Assembly: GCA_963741945.1 (NCBI GenBank)
Contig: CAVUKA010000005.1
Span: forward strand, 352,001-416,000
Reading direction: 5' to 3'
DNA length: 64,000 nt
DNA from: an uncultured Gemmatimonadales bacterium
GTDB taxonomy: Bacteria; Gemmatimonadota; Gemmatimonadetes; Longimicrobiales; RSA9
Part shown: piece after piece, positions 40,476 to 48,629 of the stretch
Layout: every line of letters begins with the position of its first letter
How positions within the stretch are numbered: the first letter of the stretch is position 1
Translations under genes and position numbers: made by a program
The notes under the pieces: generated by a model
What the model was told of the DNA's origin: nothing
Seen by the model: the letters and a program-made list of their open reading frames with translations, nothing else
Databases searched by the model: none

Positions 40476-40476
40476 G

Positions 40477-41379
40477 TCACTCCTCCATGATCGGCTTCGC
40501 CACCACGGACGCGGGCGCGGCCACGGCGGCGGGCGCGTTCTCGCCCAGCGGCTTCCGCGCCCTCACGAACGCCGACATGATCCGACCCTCCACCGCCTCC
40601 GCGACCACGTCCGCGTCCAGCCCCGCCTCCGCGAGAAACGACCGCGCGTCCGCCGGCTCGTACACCCGCGTCGGCTCCAGGCTAGGGTCCTCGAACCCCA
40701 CCTCCGCGAGCAGCGCCTCGAACTCCCGCTCATCCAGCGCACCCGCGACACACCCCACCCACAGCTCCATGCTCCGCCGCACTTCCGCCGGAATCTCGCC
40801 CCGCGTCACCACGTCCGAGACCGCGAAGCGACCGCCCGGCTTCAGCACCCGGAACGCCTCCTTCAACACCTGCCGCTTGTCCGCCGACAGATTGATCACG
40901 CAGTTGCTGATGACCACGTCCACGCTCCCGTCCGGCAGCGGGATGGCCTCGATGTCGCCCTTCAGGAACTCCACGTTCCCGGCCCCCGCCTCCGCCGCGT
41001 TCCGCCGCGCCAGCGCCAGCATCTCGTCCGTCATGTCCAGCCCGAACGCCTTCCCCCCAGCACCCACCCGCTTCGCGCTCAACAGCACATCGATCCCGCC
41101 GCCACTCCCCAGGTCCAGCACCACCTCGCCTTCGTTCAGCTCCGCCAGCGCCGTGGGATTCCCGCACCCCAGCGATGCCAGCACCGCCGCCTCCGGCAGC
41201 GACGACGCCGTTACCGCGTCGTACAGGTCCCGCGTGATCGGATCCGCGAAGCCACCATCCCCCTGCGTGTCCCCGCACCCGCACGACGTCCCGCAACACG
41301 TCCCCTTCTCCCCCGTCACCACCCGCAGCGCCGCCTCCCCGTACTTCTGCCGCACCACCGCCTTCACGTTCTCGCTCAT
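40477..41379 (-). CDS. arsM: Arsenite S-adenosylmethionine methyltransferase
   Basis: CCGTSCGC, SLGCGNP, LDLGSGGGID, ISNCVINL and WVGCVAGA motifs. Confidence 0.95.
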   Translation of the reverse strand: MSENVKAVVRQKYGEAALRVVTGEKGTCCGTSCGCGDTQGDGGFADPITRDLYDAVTASSLPEAAVLASLGCGNPTALAELNEGEVVLDLGSGGGIDVLLSAKRVGAGGKAFGLDMTDEMLALARRNAAEAGAGNVEFLKGDIEAIPLPDGSVDVVISNCVINLSADKRQVLKEAFRVLKPGGRFAVSDVVTRGEIPAEVRRSMELWVGCVAGALDEREFEALLAEVGFEDPSLEPTRVYEPADARSFLAEAGLDADVVAEAVEGRIMSAFVRARKPLGENAPAAVAAPASVVAKPIMEE

Positions 41380-41390
41380 GGGCCACTCCG

Positions 41391-41408
41391 CATCAACAGA
41401 AATTGATG
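41391..41408. promoter_or_regulatory. ArsR-type operator upstream of arsM
   Basis: Perfect CATCAA-N6-TTGATG; a related CATCAA-N6-TCGATA lies at 41781-41798. Confidence 0.7.
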
Positions 41409-41438
41409 TTATCCACCAAAAAAATTCGCCCTCCCCCA

Positions 41439-41768
41439 TCACCCGCAGCAGTCACCCGAACGGCGCACCGGCAGCCATCCGGCCGCTGGCTTCACCTCGC
41501 CCAGGAACGAGCGCATCTCCTCCAGCGCGTCCGGCACCAGCGAGTAGTACACCCAGCGGCCGTCGCGCCGGTCCGACACCACTCCGGCGTCCTTGAGCTT
41601 CTTCAGATGGAACGACAGCCGGGACTGCGCCGCGTCCAGCTCCTCCTGAAGCTCGCACACGCACCGCTCCCCACCCGCAAGCAGCTGGACCAGGCGGAAT
41701 CGCGTCTCTTCGGCCACGGCCTGGAACCGCTGGAGCAGCGCGTCGTCCGGGAGGATCTCGTTCGGCAT
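41439..41768 (-). CDS. arsR: ArsR family arsenic-responsive repressor
   Basis: GERCVCEL, QSRLSFHLKKL, RRDGRWVYY and a C-terminal CC pair; start ATG 41768 inferred from promoter position. Confidence 0.92.
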   Translation of the reverse strand: MPNEILPDDALLQRFQAVAEETRFRLVQLLAGGERCVCELQEELDAAQSRLSFHLKKLKDAGVVSDRRDGRWVYYSLVPDALEEMRSFLGEVKPAAGWLPVRRSGDCCG

Positions 41769-41774
41769 GGCCGG

Positions 41775-41804
41775 ATAATGCATCAACGATCATCGATATG
41801 TCAA
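41775..41804 (-). promoter_or_regulatory. sigma70 promoter with operator in the spacer; probably leaderless arsR
   Basis: TTGACA-N18-CATTAT-N6-ATG; the spacer is the ArsR-like palindrome. Confidence 0.65.
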
Positions 41805-41924
41805 GCCCCCGGTCGGCGCCACGCCCACCGCGTCCGCTCGCAGGCCGGCCGGTGGAGCAGGTCATCGGCGGGGCGTCCGGGTCAGCCGTGGGCCTGGCAG
41901 TGGCAGCCCGTGCCCTCCGGGTCC

Positions 41925-43196
41925 CTACGGGCCAAGTAGCGCGGCCGGGATCACACCGACTCCGTCCGCGCGGCGATAGGCCGCCGGACCGGTAGTCACG
42001 ACCACCGCGTCCAGGAGATCGCGGCCCATGCGATCGCGGAGCCACAGGAGGTGTTTGACGTCATCGTCGGAAACCGTGCGGGCGAGCGTCACCTCCATCG
42101 CCAGCGCCCGCCCGTCCGCGCGCTCAATGATCAGGTCCACTTCGTGGCGCCCGCCCTTGGTCCGCAGGTGCCTGACGTGCGCCTCCGCCGCATGGGCGTA
42201 GACCCGCACCGAAAGCGTCACCAGCGACTCGAAAAGGTGACCGAGCAGGGTCCCGTCGCGAGGGATGATGGCCGCGCCCTCTCCACCCTCGATCAGTGTG
42301 TCCACTCCAACCCCGAGCAGGCGGGCGGCCAACGCAGGATCCGCCAGTTGATGCTTCTCCGGCCGGGCCAACCGGGAAAAATAGCTCCGGGACGGCACCC
42401 ACGCAGGCACAGGGTCCAGGAGCCAGAGGCGCTGGAGCACGTCTCGATAGTGAATGACCGTGGTTCGTGCCGGTTTCTCGGCTTCGCCGGGAGTCGCGGC
42501 ATCCCGGATCGATTCCAGGGTCGCGGTGGTCGAGGCGGCGGCCGCGTACGCCGTCATCCATCGACGCAGCGTATCCGGCCGGCGTACCGTCTGTCCGACC
42601 TCCTCGAAATCGCGATCGACCACTCGGTCGAGGTAGCTATCCAGCTGCGCCCTTCGAGCGCGATCGGGAAGGGATCGGATGGCGGGAAAACCGGACCCCA
42701 CGATCTCCTCCGCATAATCGCTCAGACCCATCGAGGTCTCCCCCCTGAGCGGCGACGCCCCTCCACCCAACAGCTCCCGCAATGGAATGGACGGCGGGCC
42801 CAGTCCGCGCTCGATAAGGCTCATCGGACGCAGCCGCAGTCGCACAATTCGACCCGCACCCGAATGCGTCGCCGGCGACTCCGGCGCCGCCGAACCAGTG
42901 AGCAGAAACCGTCCGGGTACCGGGTCCGCATCCACCGCCCGGCGCACCGCGTCCCACACCTCCGGCACCCGCTGCCACTCGTCCAGCAGCACTGGTGGAT
43001 CGCCAGAGACGGCCCTGACCGGATCGGCCCGCGCAAGAGCCGCCTGGGCCGGATCGTCGAGACGCCGTACGGTCGCCGCCCGCTGAAGCGCCGTCTCGGT
43101 CTTCCCGACTGCCTTCGGCCCTTCAATCGTGAGCGCCGGGAGCCCCGTCAGGAGCTCATCCAGCTCGTCATCGATGACCCTTCGCGTGTACGGCAT
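41925..43196 (-). CDS. AAA_14 ATPase + DUF4143 protein
   Basis: IEGPKAVGKT, LLDEWQ, FLLTGS, HSGAGRI, K...DPALAA, GHLFES and EVDLII motifs. Confidence 0.9.
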   Translation of the reverse strand: MPYTRRVIDDELDELLTGLPALTIEGPKAVGKTETALQRAATVRRLDDPAQAALARADPVRAVSGDPPVLLDEWQRVPEVWDAVRRAVDADPVPGRFLLTGSAAPESPATHSGAGRIVRLRLRPMSLIERGLGPPSIPLRELLGGGASPLRGETSMGLSDYAEEIVGSGFPAIRSLPDRARRAQLDSYLDRVVDRDFEEVGQTVRRPDTLRRWMTAYAAAASTTATLESIRDAATPGEAEKPARTTVIHYRDVLQRLWLLDPVPAWVPSRSYFSRLARPEKHQLADPALAARLLGVGVDTLIEGGEGAAIIPRDGTLLGHLFESLVTLSVRVYAHAAEAHVRHLRTKGGRHEVDLIIERADGRALAMEVTLARTVSDDDVKHLLWLRDRMGRDLLDAVVVTTGPAAYRRADGVGVIPAALLGP

Positions 43197-43533
43197 GCGC
43201 CCCCCGTGGTCGAGTCCAGGATTTCCCAAGCTACATCTGGACCGCCCATTACGCTGCGTTTGGACCCATCTGTACACTACAGCCGGTCCATCCACCCGCC
43301 GCGGGGGCTGCCGTCTCCTTGGAACCACCAGAACGCTGGAGGATGTGGCCGGGACCGGACCGCCAGAGGTAGCGGTCCGCGAAGGACCCGAGGCCCTGGA
43401 ACGCCCTGCCTGGAAAGTGGCTTCGTTCCGCGAAATCCTGCGCGAACGCCCGCGGATGTCCCAGAGAGCCAGAAGCGACGCAATACGCCCCAGCGGCGTA
43501 AGCCCCTGGGGCGCAACAACTTCCGAAAACCTA

Positions 43534-43607
<74 letters not shown>

Positions 43608-43625
43608 GCAGGGAGCGTAGCGAAG

Positions 43626-43790
43626 TCTCGTCGCGCGAAGCGTGGCGAGAACTACCTCTCCCGCGCCAACCGTCCTTCTGCGGGCTTCTCGTCGCGCGAA
43701 GCGTGGCGAGAACTACCTCTCCCGCACCAACCGTCCTTCTGCGGGCTTCTCGTCGCGCGAAGCGTGGCGAGAACTACCTCTCCCGCGCCA
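43626..43790 (-). repeat. Tandem array of 2.7 x 61-bp units, each with a GTAG-initiated imperfect palindrome (REP-like)
   Basis: Units start at 43626, 43687 and 43748 with one substitution between copies; minus strand GTAG-TTCTCGCCACGC-TTC-GCGCGACGAGA. Confidence 0.9.
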
Positions 43791-43800
43791 GCACTCCTGA

Positions 43801-43873
43801 TACCCCCACGGGGAATCGAACCCCGGTCTTCTGGCTGAGAACCAGATATCCTAGGCCACTAGACGATGGGGGC
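43801..43873 (-). tRNA. tRNA-Glu (anticodon CTC)
   Basis: GCCCCCA/TGGGGGT acceptor stem, TCTGG-TTCTCAG-CCAGA anticodon arm, GGTTCGATTCC T arm; CCA not encoded. Confidence 0.97.
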
Positions 43874-43885
43874 AAGGCAGCCCGA

Positions 43886-43913
43886 AGTATAATGGGGTGG
43901 CGGGGCAGGTCAA
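43886..43913 (-). promoter_or_regulatory. sigma70 promoter of the tRNA-Glu/tRNA-Val operon
   Basis: TTGACC-N16-TATACT followed by a GC-rich discriminator, 12 nt before tRNA-Glu. Confidence 0.8.
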
Positions 43914-43952
43914 CCCCTCGATGGAAGGCGCTCCGACGCCACCGCGGCTGGC

Positions 43953-44918
43953 TCAGCCGTCCAGCCGATCGATCACCGCCCAGGCCAGGAGCGGAATCAT
44001 GATCTCGTGGTGCCCCGTGATCTGGTAGCCTTTTCCGCCGCCCGTTCGCGTGGGGCGCTCGACCACGTTCACGCGGGGCCGGTACTGGCGGATCATGTCG
44101 AGATCCACGGCCGTGAACGCCCGCGGCCTGCCCTCGTTCACGTTGCGGCAGACGGTCAGCGCTTTCAGGAAGACTTCAGGCATCACCACCGCCGAGCCGA
44201 GGTTCAGGACCACTCCGCCGTCGAGATCCGCAAGCGACGCCGCCAGGCGGCGGAAGTCTCTGTGGCTGGTGTCGCCGATAGCGGCGCCATCGGCGGCCGG
44301 GTGCTGGTGTATGATCTCCGCGCCGAGCGCCGCGTGGACCGTGTATGCGACGCCCGCCCGGTGGGCAGCCAGCAGCAGGGAGCGATCGCCGTGCGCCAGC
44401 TCATCCGCGGCCGCCCGCGCCTCCAGCGCGCGCCCGAGCGCCTCGCCGAGTCCCCACCCCTCCATGGCGCCGCGGCGGATGGCGTCGTTCATCTCCCGAC
44501 CGGTCTCTTCCGCCATCCCGAAGGTGCCGTCGCGGAGCCCGGCCTCCACGTCCTCGCTGGTCCCGCCCCAGCGCGCCATCTCGTAATCGTGGATCACGGC
44601 CGACCCGTTGCTGGCCAGGTGCGAGATCACGCCCCGCCGGACCAGCTCGATGAGGAGCGGGCCGACGCCAGTCTTCACCACGTGGCCGCCCATCATGCAG
44701 ATCACCGGGCGTTCGCGGCGCGCGGCCTCGACAATGGCGTCCACCACGGCCAGGAAGCTGCGGGCTTCGAGGATGTCCGGGAGGGAGGCAAGGAAGGCGG
44801 AGAAGGACCGATCGTCGCCCGGGACGCGGGCGAAGTCGTCGGCGCGGACCTTGTTCGGCCGATCACCCACCGCGACGGTGCGTACGCGCGAAAGGTCGAT
44901 CTCGTCGTACTGGCTCAT
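43953..44918 (-). CDS. Conserved hypothetical protein, probable deoxyhypusine-synthase-like fold
   Basis: MMGGHVVK, LASNGSAVIHDYE, GTFGMAEETG, LNLGSAVVMPEVFLKA and GHHEIMIPLL segments; fold assignment is inference. Confidence 0.7.
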   Translation of the reverse strand: MSQYDEIDLSRVRTVAVGDRPNKVRADDFARVPGDDRSFSAFLASLPDILEARSFLAVVDAIVEAARRERPVICMMGGHVVKTGVGPLLIELVRRGVISHLASNGSAVIHDYEMARWGGTSEDVEAGLRDGTFGMAEETGREMNDAIRRGAMEGWGLGEALGRALEARAAADELAHGDRSLLLAAHRAGVAYTVHAALGAEIIHQHPAADGAAIGDTSHRDFRRLAASLADLDGGVVLNLGSAVVMPEVFLKALTVCRNVNEGRPRAFTAVDLDMIRQYRPRVNVVERPTRTGGGKGYQITGHHEIMIPLLAWAVIDRLDG

Positions 44919-44955
44919 CGCGTTGTCTCTCCGGGCTCCGGTCGCGACGCCCGCC

Positions 44956-45720
44956 TCAACGCGGCGCGGGCGTATAGCTGGTGAGCGTGAGCCCGAGCCG
45001 CCCGATCACGGGCACCTTGGACGTCATCTTCACCAGGATCCGCCGCCAGTCATCGGTGAAATAGACCTCGGCCTGGCCTCCTTCCCCGAACAGCCCCTTC
45101 GTGCGGATGATCGGCTGCACGACGACCACCGGGATCTTGCTCCCGTTCAGGCCGTCCATCTGTTCGCGGCGGAGCACCTTGAGCCTCACGGGGTTCCCCG
45201 ATTCCTTGTAGTACCGGTGGAACGTATAGGTGTCCCCCACCTCCAGCGGGAGAGTCCGGACGAAGTAGAGGAAGGAGACCTCGTCCAGCGGTTGCGCGCT
45301 GGCCAGCGTATCCACGGATCCGGTGGAGCGCCGGACATAGATCATGCGCTCCGGATAGACGTCGTACCACCGTTCGGTCTCGTAATTGACCTCGTCCTGG
45401 TCCTTGTGAATGCGACGAGTGAACAGCCCGTCCACGTCCACCCAGGACTCCAGCAGGTCGTCCACGCCCGCGAACGCCACCTTGCCCTTCACCGTGAACC
45501 GGAGGTGATACGTGGGATGGCCGTCCACCAGCTCCGTCCCCACCACTTCCATGGTGCCCTTGCCCACGTTCCCGAAGAGACCGAGCGACACCGCGTACTC
45601 CCCCCGCTCACCGGGACCGAAGGGCATCACGGTCGTGGCGGCGGCCGTCTGCGCCTCCGCGCCGCCGGCCAGCCCGAGAGCGAGCGTCAGCGCCGCGGCC
45701 AGCATGCGCGCTCGCGTCAC
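44956..45720 (-). CDS. DUF3108 domain-containing exported protein
   Basis: Signal peptide; PFGPGE..EY.V, LDEVSFLYFVRT and YFTDDWRRILVK; GTGA overlap with the GT2 stop. Confidence 0.8.
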   Translation of the reverse strand: MTRARMLAAALTLALGLAGGAEAQTAAATTVMPFGPGERGEYAVSLGLFGNVGKGTMEVVGTELVDGHPTYHLRFTVKGKVAFAGVDDLLESWVDVDGLFTRRIHKDQDEVNYETERWYDVYPERMIYVRRSTGSVDTLASAQPLDEVSFLYFVRTLPLEVGDTYTFHRYYKESGNPVRLKVLRREQMDGLNGSKIPVVVVQPIIRTKGLFGEGGQAEVYFTDDWRRILVKMTSKVPVIGRLGLTLTSYTPAPR

Positions 45721-46571
45721 GCCGACTCCCGCGTAGGCTTGCGGCCCGACTCGCCCGCCCCGCCCGACGGACCGGGCGCGTCCCGCGCCGCGATGCTGCC
45801 CACGGCGGCATCCCCGGCGGCCTCCGCCGGTGCAGGCGGCGCGGCGCCGCGGCCGGAGCGGAACAGGTGGGCGAGCTCGGCGGACGCCCGCCGCGCATCG
45901 AAGCGGCTGGTCCGCTGCCGGCGCACCGGGTGCACGCGTATGTCCACGGCCTCGGTGCGCCGGGCGTGTGGCACCACGCGGCCGAGCAGCTCCGCGCTGG
46001 CGGCCCAGACGTCGCCCGTGGCCAGCGGCCGGTCGCCTTCCGCCTCGATGGCCTTGCGGAGGACGATCACGCGATACGCGCGGAACCCCGAGAAGAGGTC
46101 CGCCTCGCCGTTCCCGCCGCGCAGGCGACGGAGCAGGTAGCTCCACAGCCGTCGCGACCAGCGCACCAGTCGCGGCATCCCCTTCGGGGCGGGCTGCAGC
46201 CGTCCGGTGACCACATCGGCACCGCCCTCGATCCGCTTCACCAGCGTGGCCACGTCTTCCGGCTCGTCCGTGAAGTCGGCCTGGAGCGTCACCACCACGT
46301 CCCGCTTCGGGTAGGTCGAGCGTGCGACGGCCTCGCGCAGGAGCGCGTCCAGCGAAGCCGCGTAGCCTTCCCTGCGCTCGTGGCGGCGGACGTGGACAGG
46401 CATGATCCGGGCGTACGGCTCGATCACGTCGCCGGTCCCATCAGTGGAGGCGTCGTCCACCACCAGCACCTGGTAGTCCCGGTCGAAGTCCGACATCACC
46501 TGTCGGATCTTCCACAGGACCACGCCGATGGTCCGCTCCTCGTTGTAGGCCGGTATGCAGATATAGACCAA
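45717..46571 (-). CDS. Glycosyltransferase family 2 (DPM/ArnC-like), DxD replaced by QAD
   Basis: ICIPAYNEE, VVDDASTDGT, VVTLQADFTD and SGFRAYR motifs; TTG start inferred. Confidence 0.88.
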   Translation of the reverse strand: MVYICIPAYNEERTIGVVLWKIRQVMSDFDRDYQVLVVDDASTDGTGDVIEPYARIMPVHVRRHERREGYAASLDALLREAVARSTYPKRDVVVTLQADFTDEPEDVATLVKRIEGGADVVTGRLQPAPKGMPRLVRWSRRLWSYLLRRLRGGNGEADLFSGFRAYRVIVLRKAIEAEGDRPLATGDVWAASAELLGRVVPHARRTEAVDIRVHPVRRQRTSRFDARRASAELAHLFRSGRGAAPPAPAEAAGDAAVGSIAARDAPGPSGGAGESGRKPTRESA

Positions 46572-46612
46572 GAGACCGCTTCCAGAGCCAGGATTCCGTT
46601 CAACCCACGGCG

Positions 46613-47572
46613 TTATACCTGCCTGCCGTGGGCCCGTTCCGCGGGCGGCGCCGTCTTCCACCGCCGGTGGTGCCAGAAATACTGCTCCGGCGCGCCCCGT
46701 ACCGCGGCCTCGAGCGCGGCCACGTGCGCGGCCGTGAGCGCCACCACTTCCGCCTCCGGGTCATCGAAGGGAGGACGGGGGATCTTCCGCAGCCGGACGT
46801 CGTAGCGTCCGTCGGGGAGGCGCCGCGCCGTGCCAATGAATACGGGCGCTCCGGAGCGCTGCGCCAGTACCGCCGGGCCTCTGAACGTGGACGCCGGGCG
46901 GCCCATGAAGGGGACGAACACGCCAGCCGCGCGCGCGTCCTGATCCGCGACCAGGGCCAGCACGCGTCCTTCCCGCAGCGTTCGCAGCGACTTCCGGGTG
47001 GCTTCCCAGCGCTCGATCACCCGCATGCCGAGCCGCTCCCTCGCCGCGTTGATGAGCCGGTCGAACAGCGGGTTTGACTGACGGCGCGCCACCACGTCCA
47101 GCGGGATGCCGCGCGCGGCAACGGCCGCGCCGCCGATCTCCCAGTTGCCGAAATGCCCGGCGACCACGATCGCACCCGTGCCCGCCTCCACGGCCTGGCG
47201 CATCGCCTCGATTCCGTCGTCCACGTCCGTGAGCGCCAGGACTTCGTCCCGGCTCAGTCGGGATGCCCGCAGCAGCGCGAGTCCCTCCCGGGCCACGTGG
47301 CCGTACGCCGCCGCCGCGGTGCGGTGCAGCCACGCCGCGTCCCGCTCCGGGAACGCCCGCCGGAGCTGCTCATCCACCACGGCCGCGCGTATCCCGAGCG
47401 GCCGGTAGGCGAAGCGGCCGAGGCGCGTCACCGCCCACTCCATTGCCCGCCGACCCAGGACCCGGTCGAGCCAGCGCGCCAGGAGGACCAGCGCGTATTC
47501 GATGCGGTGCTGCAGCGACCGCCGGAACCGTCGCGCGCCGCCCCGCTCAGGCATCGGTCCGTGGAGCGTCAT
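46613..47572 (-). CDS. lpxL: Lipid A late acyltransferase (LpxL/HtrB family); start 47572 or 47554
   Basis: AGHFGNWE, VADQD, VFVPFMG and PEQYFWHHRRWKT motifs. Confidence 0.88.
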   Translation of the reverse strand: MTLHGPMPERGGARRFRRSLQHRIEYALVLLARWLDRVLGRRAMEWAVTRLGRFAYRPLGIRAAVVDEQLRRAFPERDAAWLHRTAAAAYGHVAREGLALLRASRLSRDEVLALTDVDDGIEAMRQAVEAGTGAIVVAGHFGNWEIGGAAVAARGIPLDVVARRQSNPLFDRLINAARERLGMRVIERWEATRKSLRTLREGRVLALVADQDARAAGVFVPFMGRPASTFRGPAVLAQRSGAPVFIGTARRLPDGRYDVRLRKIPRPPFDDPEAEVVALTAAHVAALEAAVRGAPEQYFWHHRRWKTAPPAERAHGRQV

Positions 47573-48629
47573 CGGAGCGACCGCGGCCGGTACGGGCGGC
47601 GGGAAAGCGCTCCACGGCCAGCGCGACCCGCTCCAGCACCTGGTCCGCCGTGATCCGCTCCATCCGCCCGAGCTTCGGCTCGGCGTTCGAAGCGTCGGGC
47701 GCTTCCCCCGGCTCCGTGTATGCGTCCACCCACAGCTCCTGGTAGCGTCGATACGGTCCGACCCGCCACGGGTTGGTATGGCCGTACAGCCCGACGACGG
47801 GCACGTCCATGGCCCGGGCAAGGTGCACGGGACCCGTGTCCGGCGCCACCACCAGTGCGCTCCCGTGCAGGATCCAGATCAGACGCCGGATGCCGTCGCC
47901 CAGCTCGACCGCAGGCCGCGCGGAGGTCCGGCGCACGATCTCCGCCGTGAGATCCCGCTCTCGCTTCGACGGCCCGCCCACGATCACCGGCGCGAAGCCG
48001 AAGTCACGCTCCAGCGAATCCAGCACGTGAGCGTACCGCTCCGGGAACCAGTCCTTCTTCGGGTTGGCCGATGCGGGCACCACCGCGGCCACGGGGCGGT
48101 CGAAGCGGTGGAAGAAAGCCGCCTGCCGCTCCCGCTCCTCCGATGTCGGCCCGAGCCGCCATGCCAGCGGCTCGGCCGGCGCGTCGAACGGTTCGAGGAA
48201 CTCCAGGAACATGTCCTGGGTGTGCGCCCGCGGCCTGGGCGGGAGGTGGCGATTGGCGAACAACCATACCCCGTCGGCCGCGCGCCGCCGGTCGAATCCC
48301 AGCCGCAGCGGCGCGCCCGAAAGCACGGTGGGGAAGACGCTCTTGAAGTAGATGTTGAAATTGAGAGTGGCATCGAACCGCAGCGGCCGGAGCTCACCCG
48401 CCAGCCGGGCCACGCCACGCACACCCTCCTTCTTGTGGAAGACCACCACGCGGTCCACGGCCGGATGCGCCTCGAGCACCGGCGCGGCCACCGGCTCCAC
48501 CACCCACGTGATGCGGCGCTCCGGCATGGCGCGCTTGAGCGCGTCCACCACCGGGAGCCCGTGGACGACGTCGCCCAGCCCCGTGAGCAGCACCATGCAG
48601 ATCTCGCGCGCGTCCGCCAGCTCGCTCAC
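47547..48629 (-). CDS. Glycosyltransferase family 9 (LPS heptosyltransferase-like)
   Basis: TGLGDVVH, ITWVVE and APDTGPVHLARAMDVPVVGLYG.TNP motifs; GTGA overlap with the upstream gene. Confidence 0.9.
   Translation of the reverse strand: MSELADAREICMVLLTGLGDVVHGLPVVDALKRAMPERRITWVVEPVAAPVLEAHPAVDRVVVFHKKEGVRGVARLAGELRPLRFDATLNFNIYFKSVFPTVLSGAPLRLGFDRRRAADGVWLFANRHLPPRPRAHTQDMFLEFLEPFDAPAEPLAWRLGPTSEERERQAAFFHRFDRPVAAVVPASANPKKDWFPERYAHVLDSLERDFGFAPVIVGGPSKRERDLTAEIVRRTSARPAVELGDGIRRLIWILHGSALVVAPDTGPVHLARAMDVPVVGLYGHTNPWRVGPYRRYQELWVDAYTEPGEAPDASNAEPKLGRMERITADQVLERVALAVERFPAARTGRGRSDDAPRTDA

Noticed and set aside
43626-43790. CRISPR array
   Set aside because: Units are near-identical along their whole length with no unique spacers, and there are no cas genes in the window.
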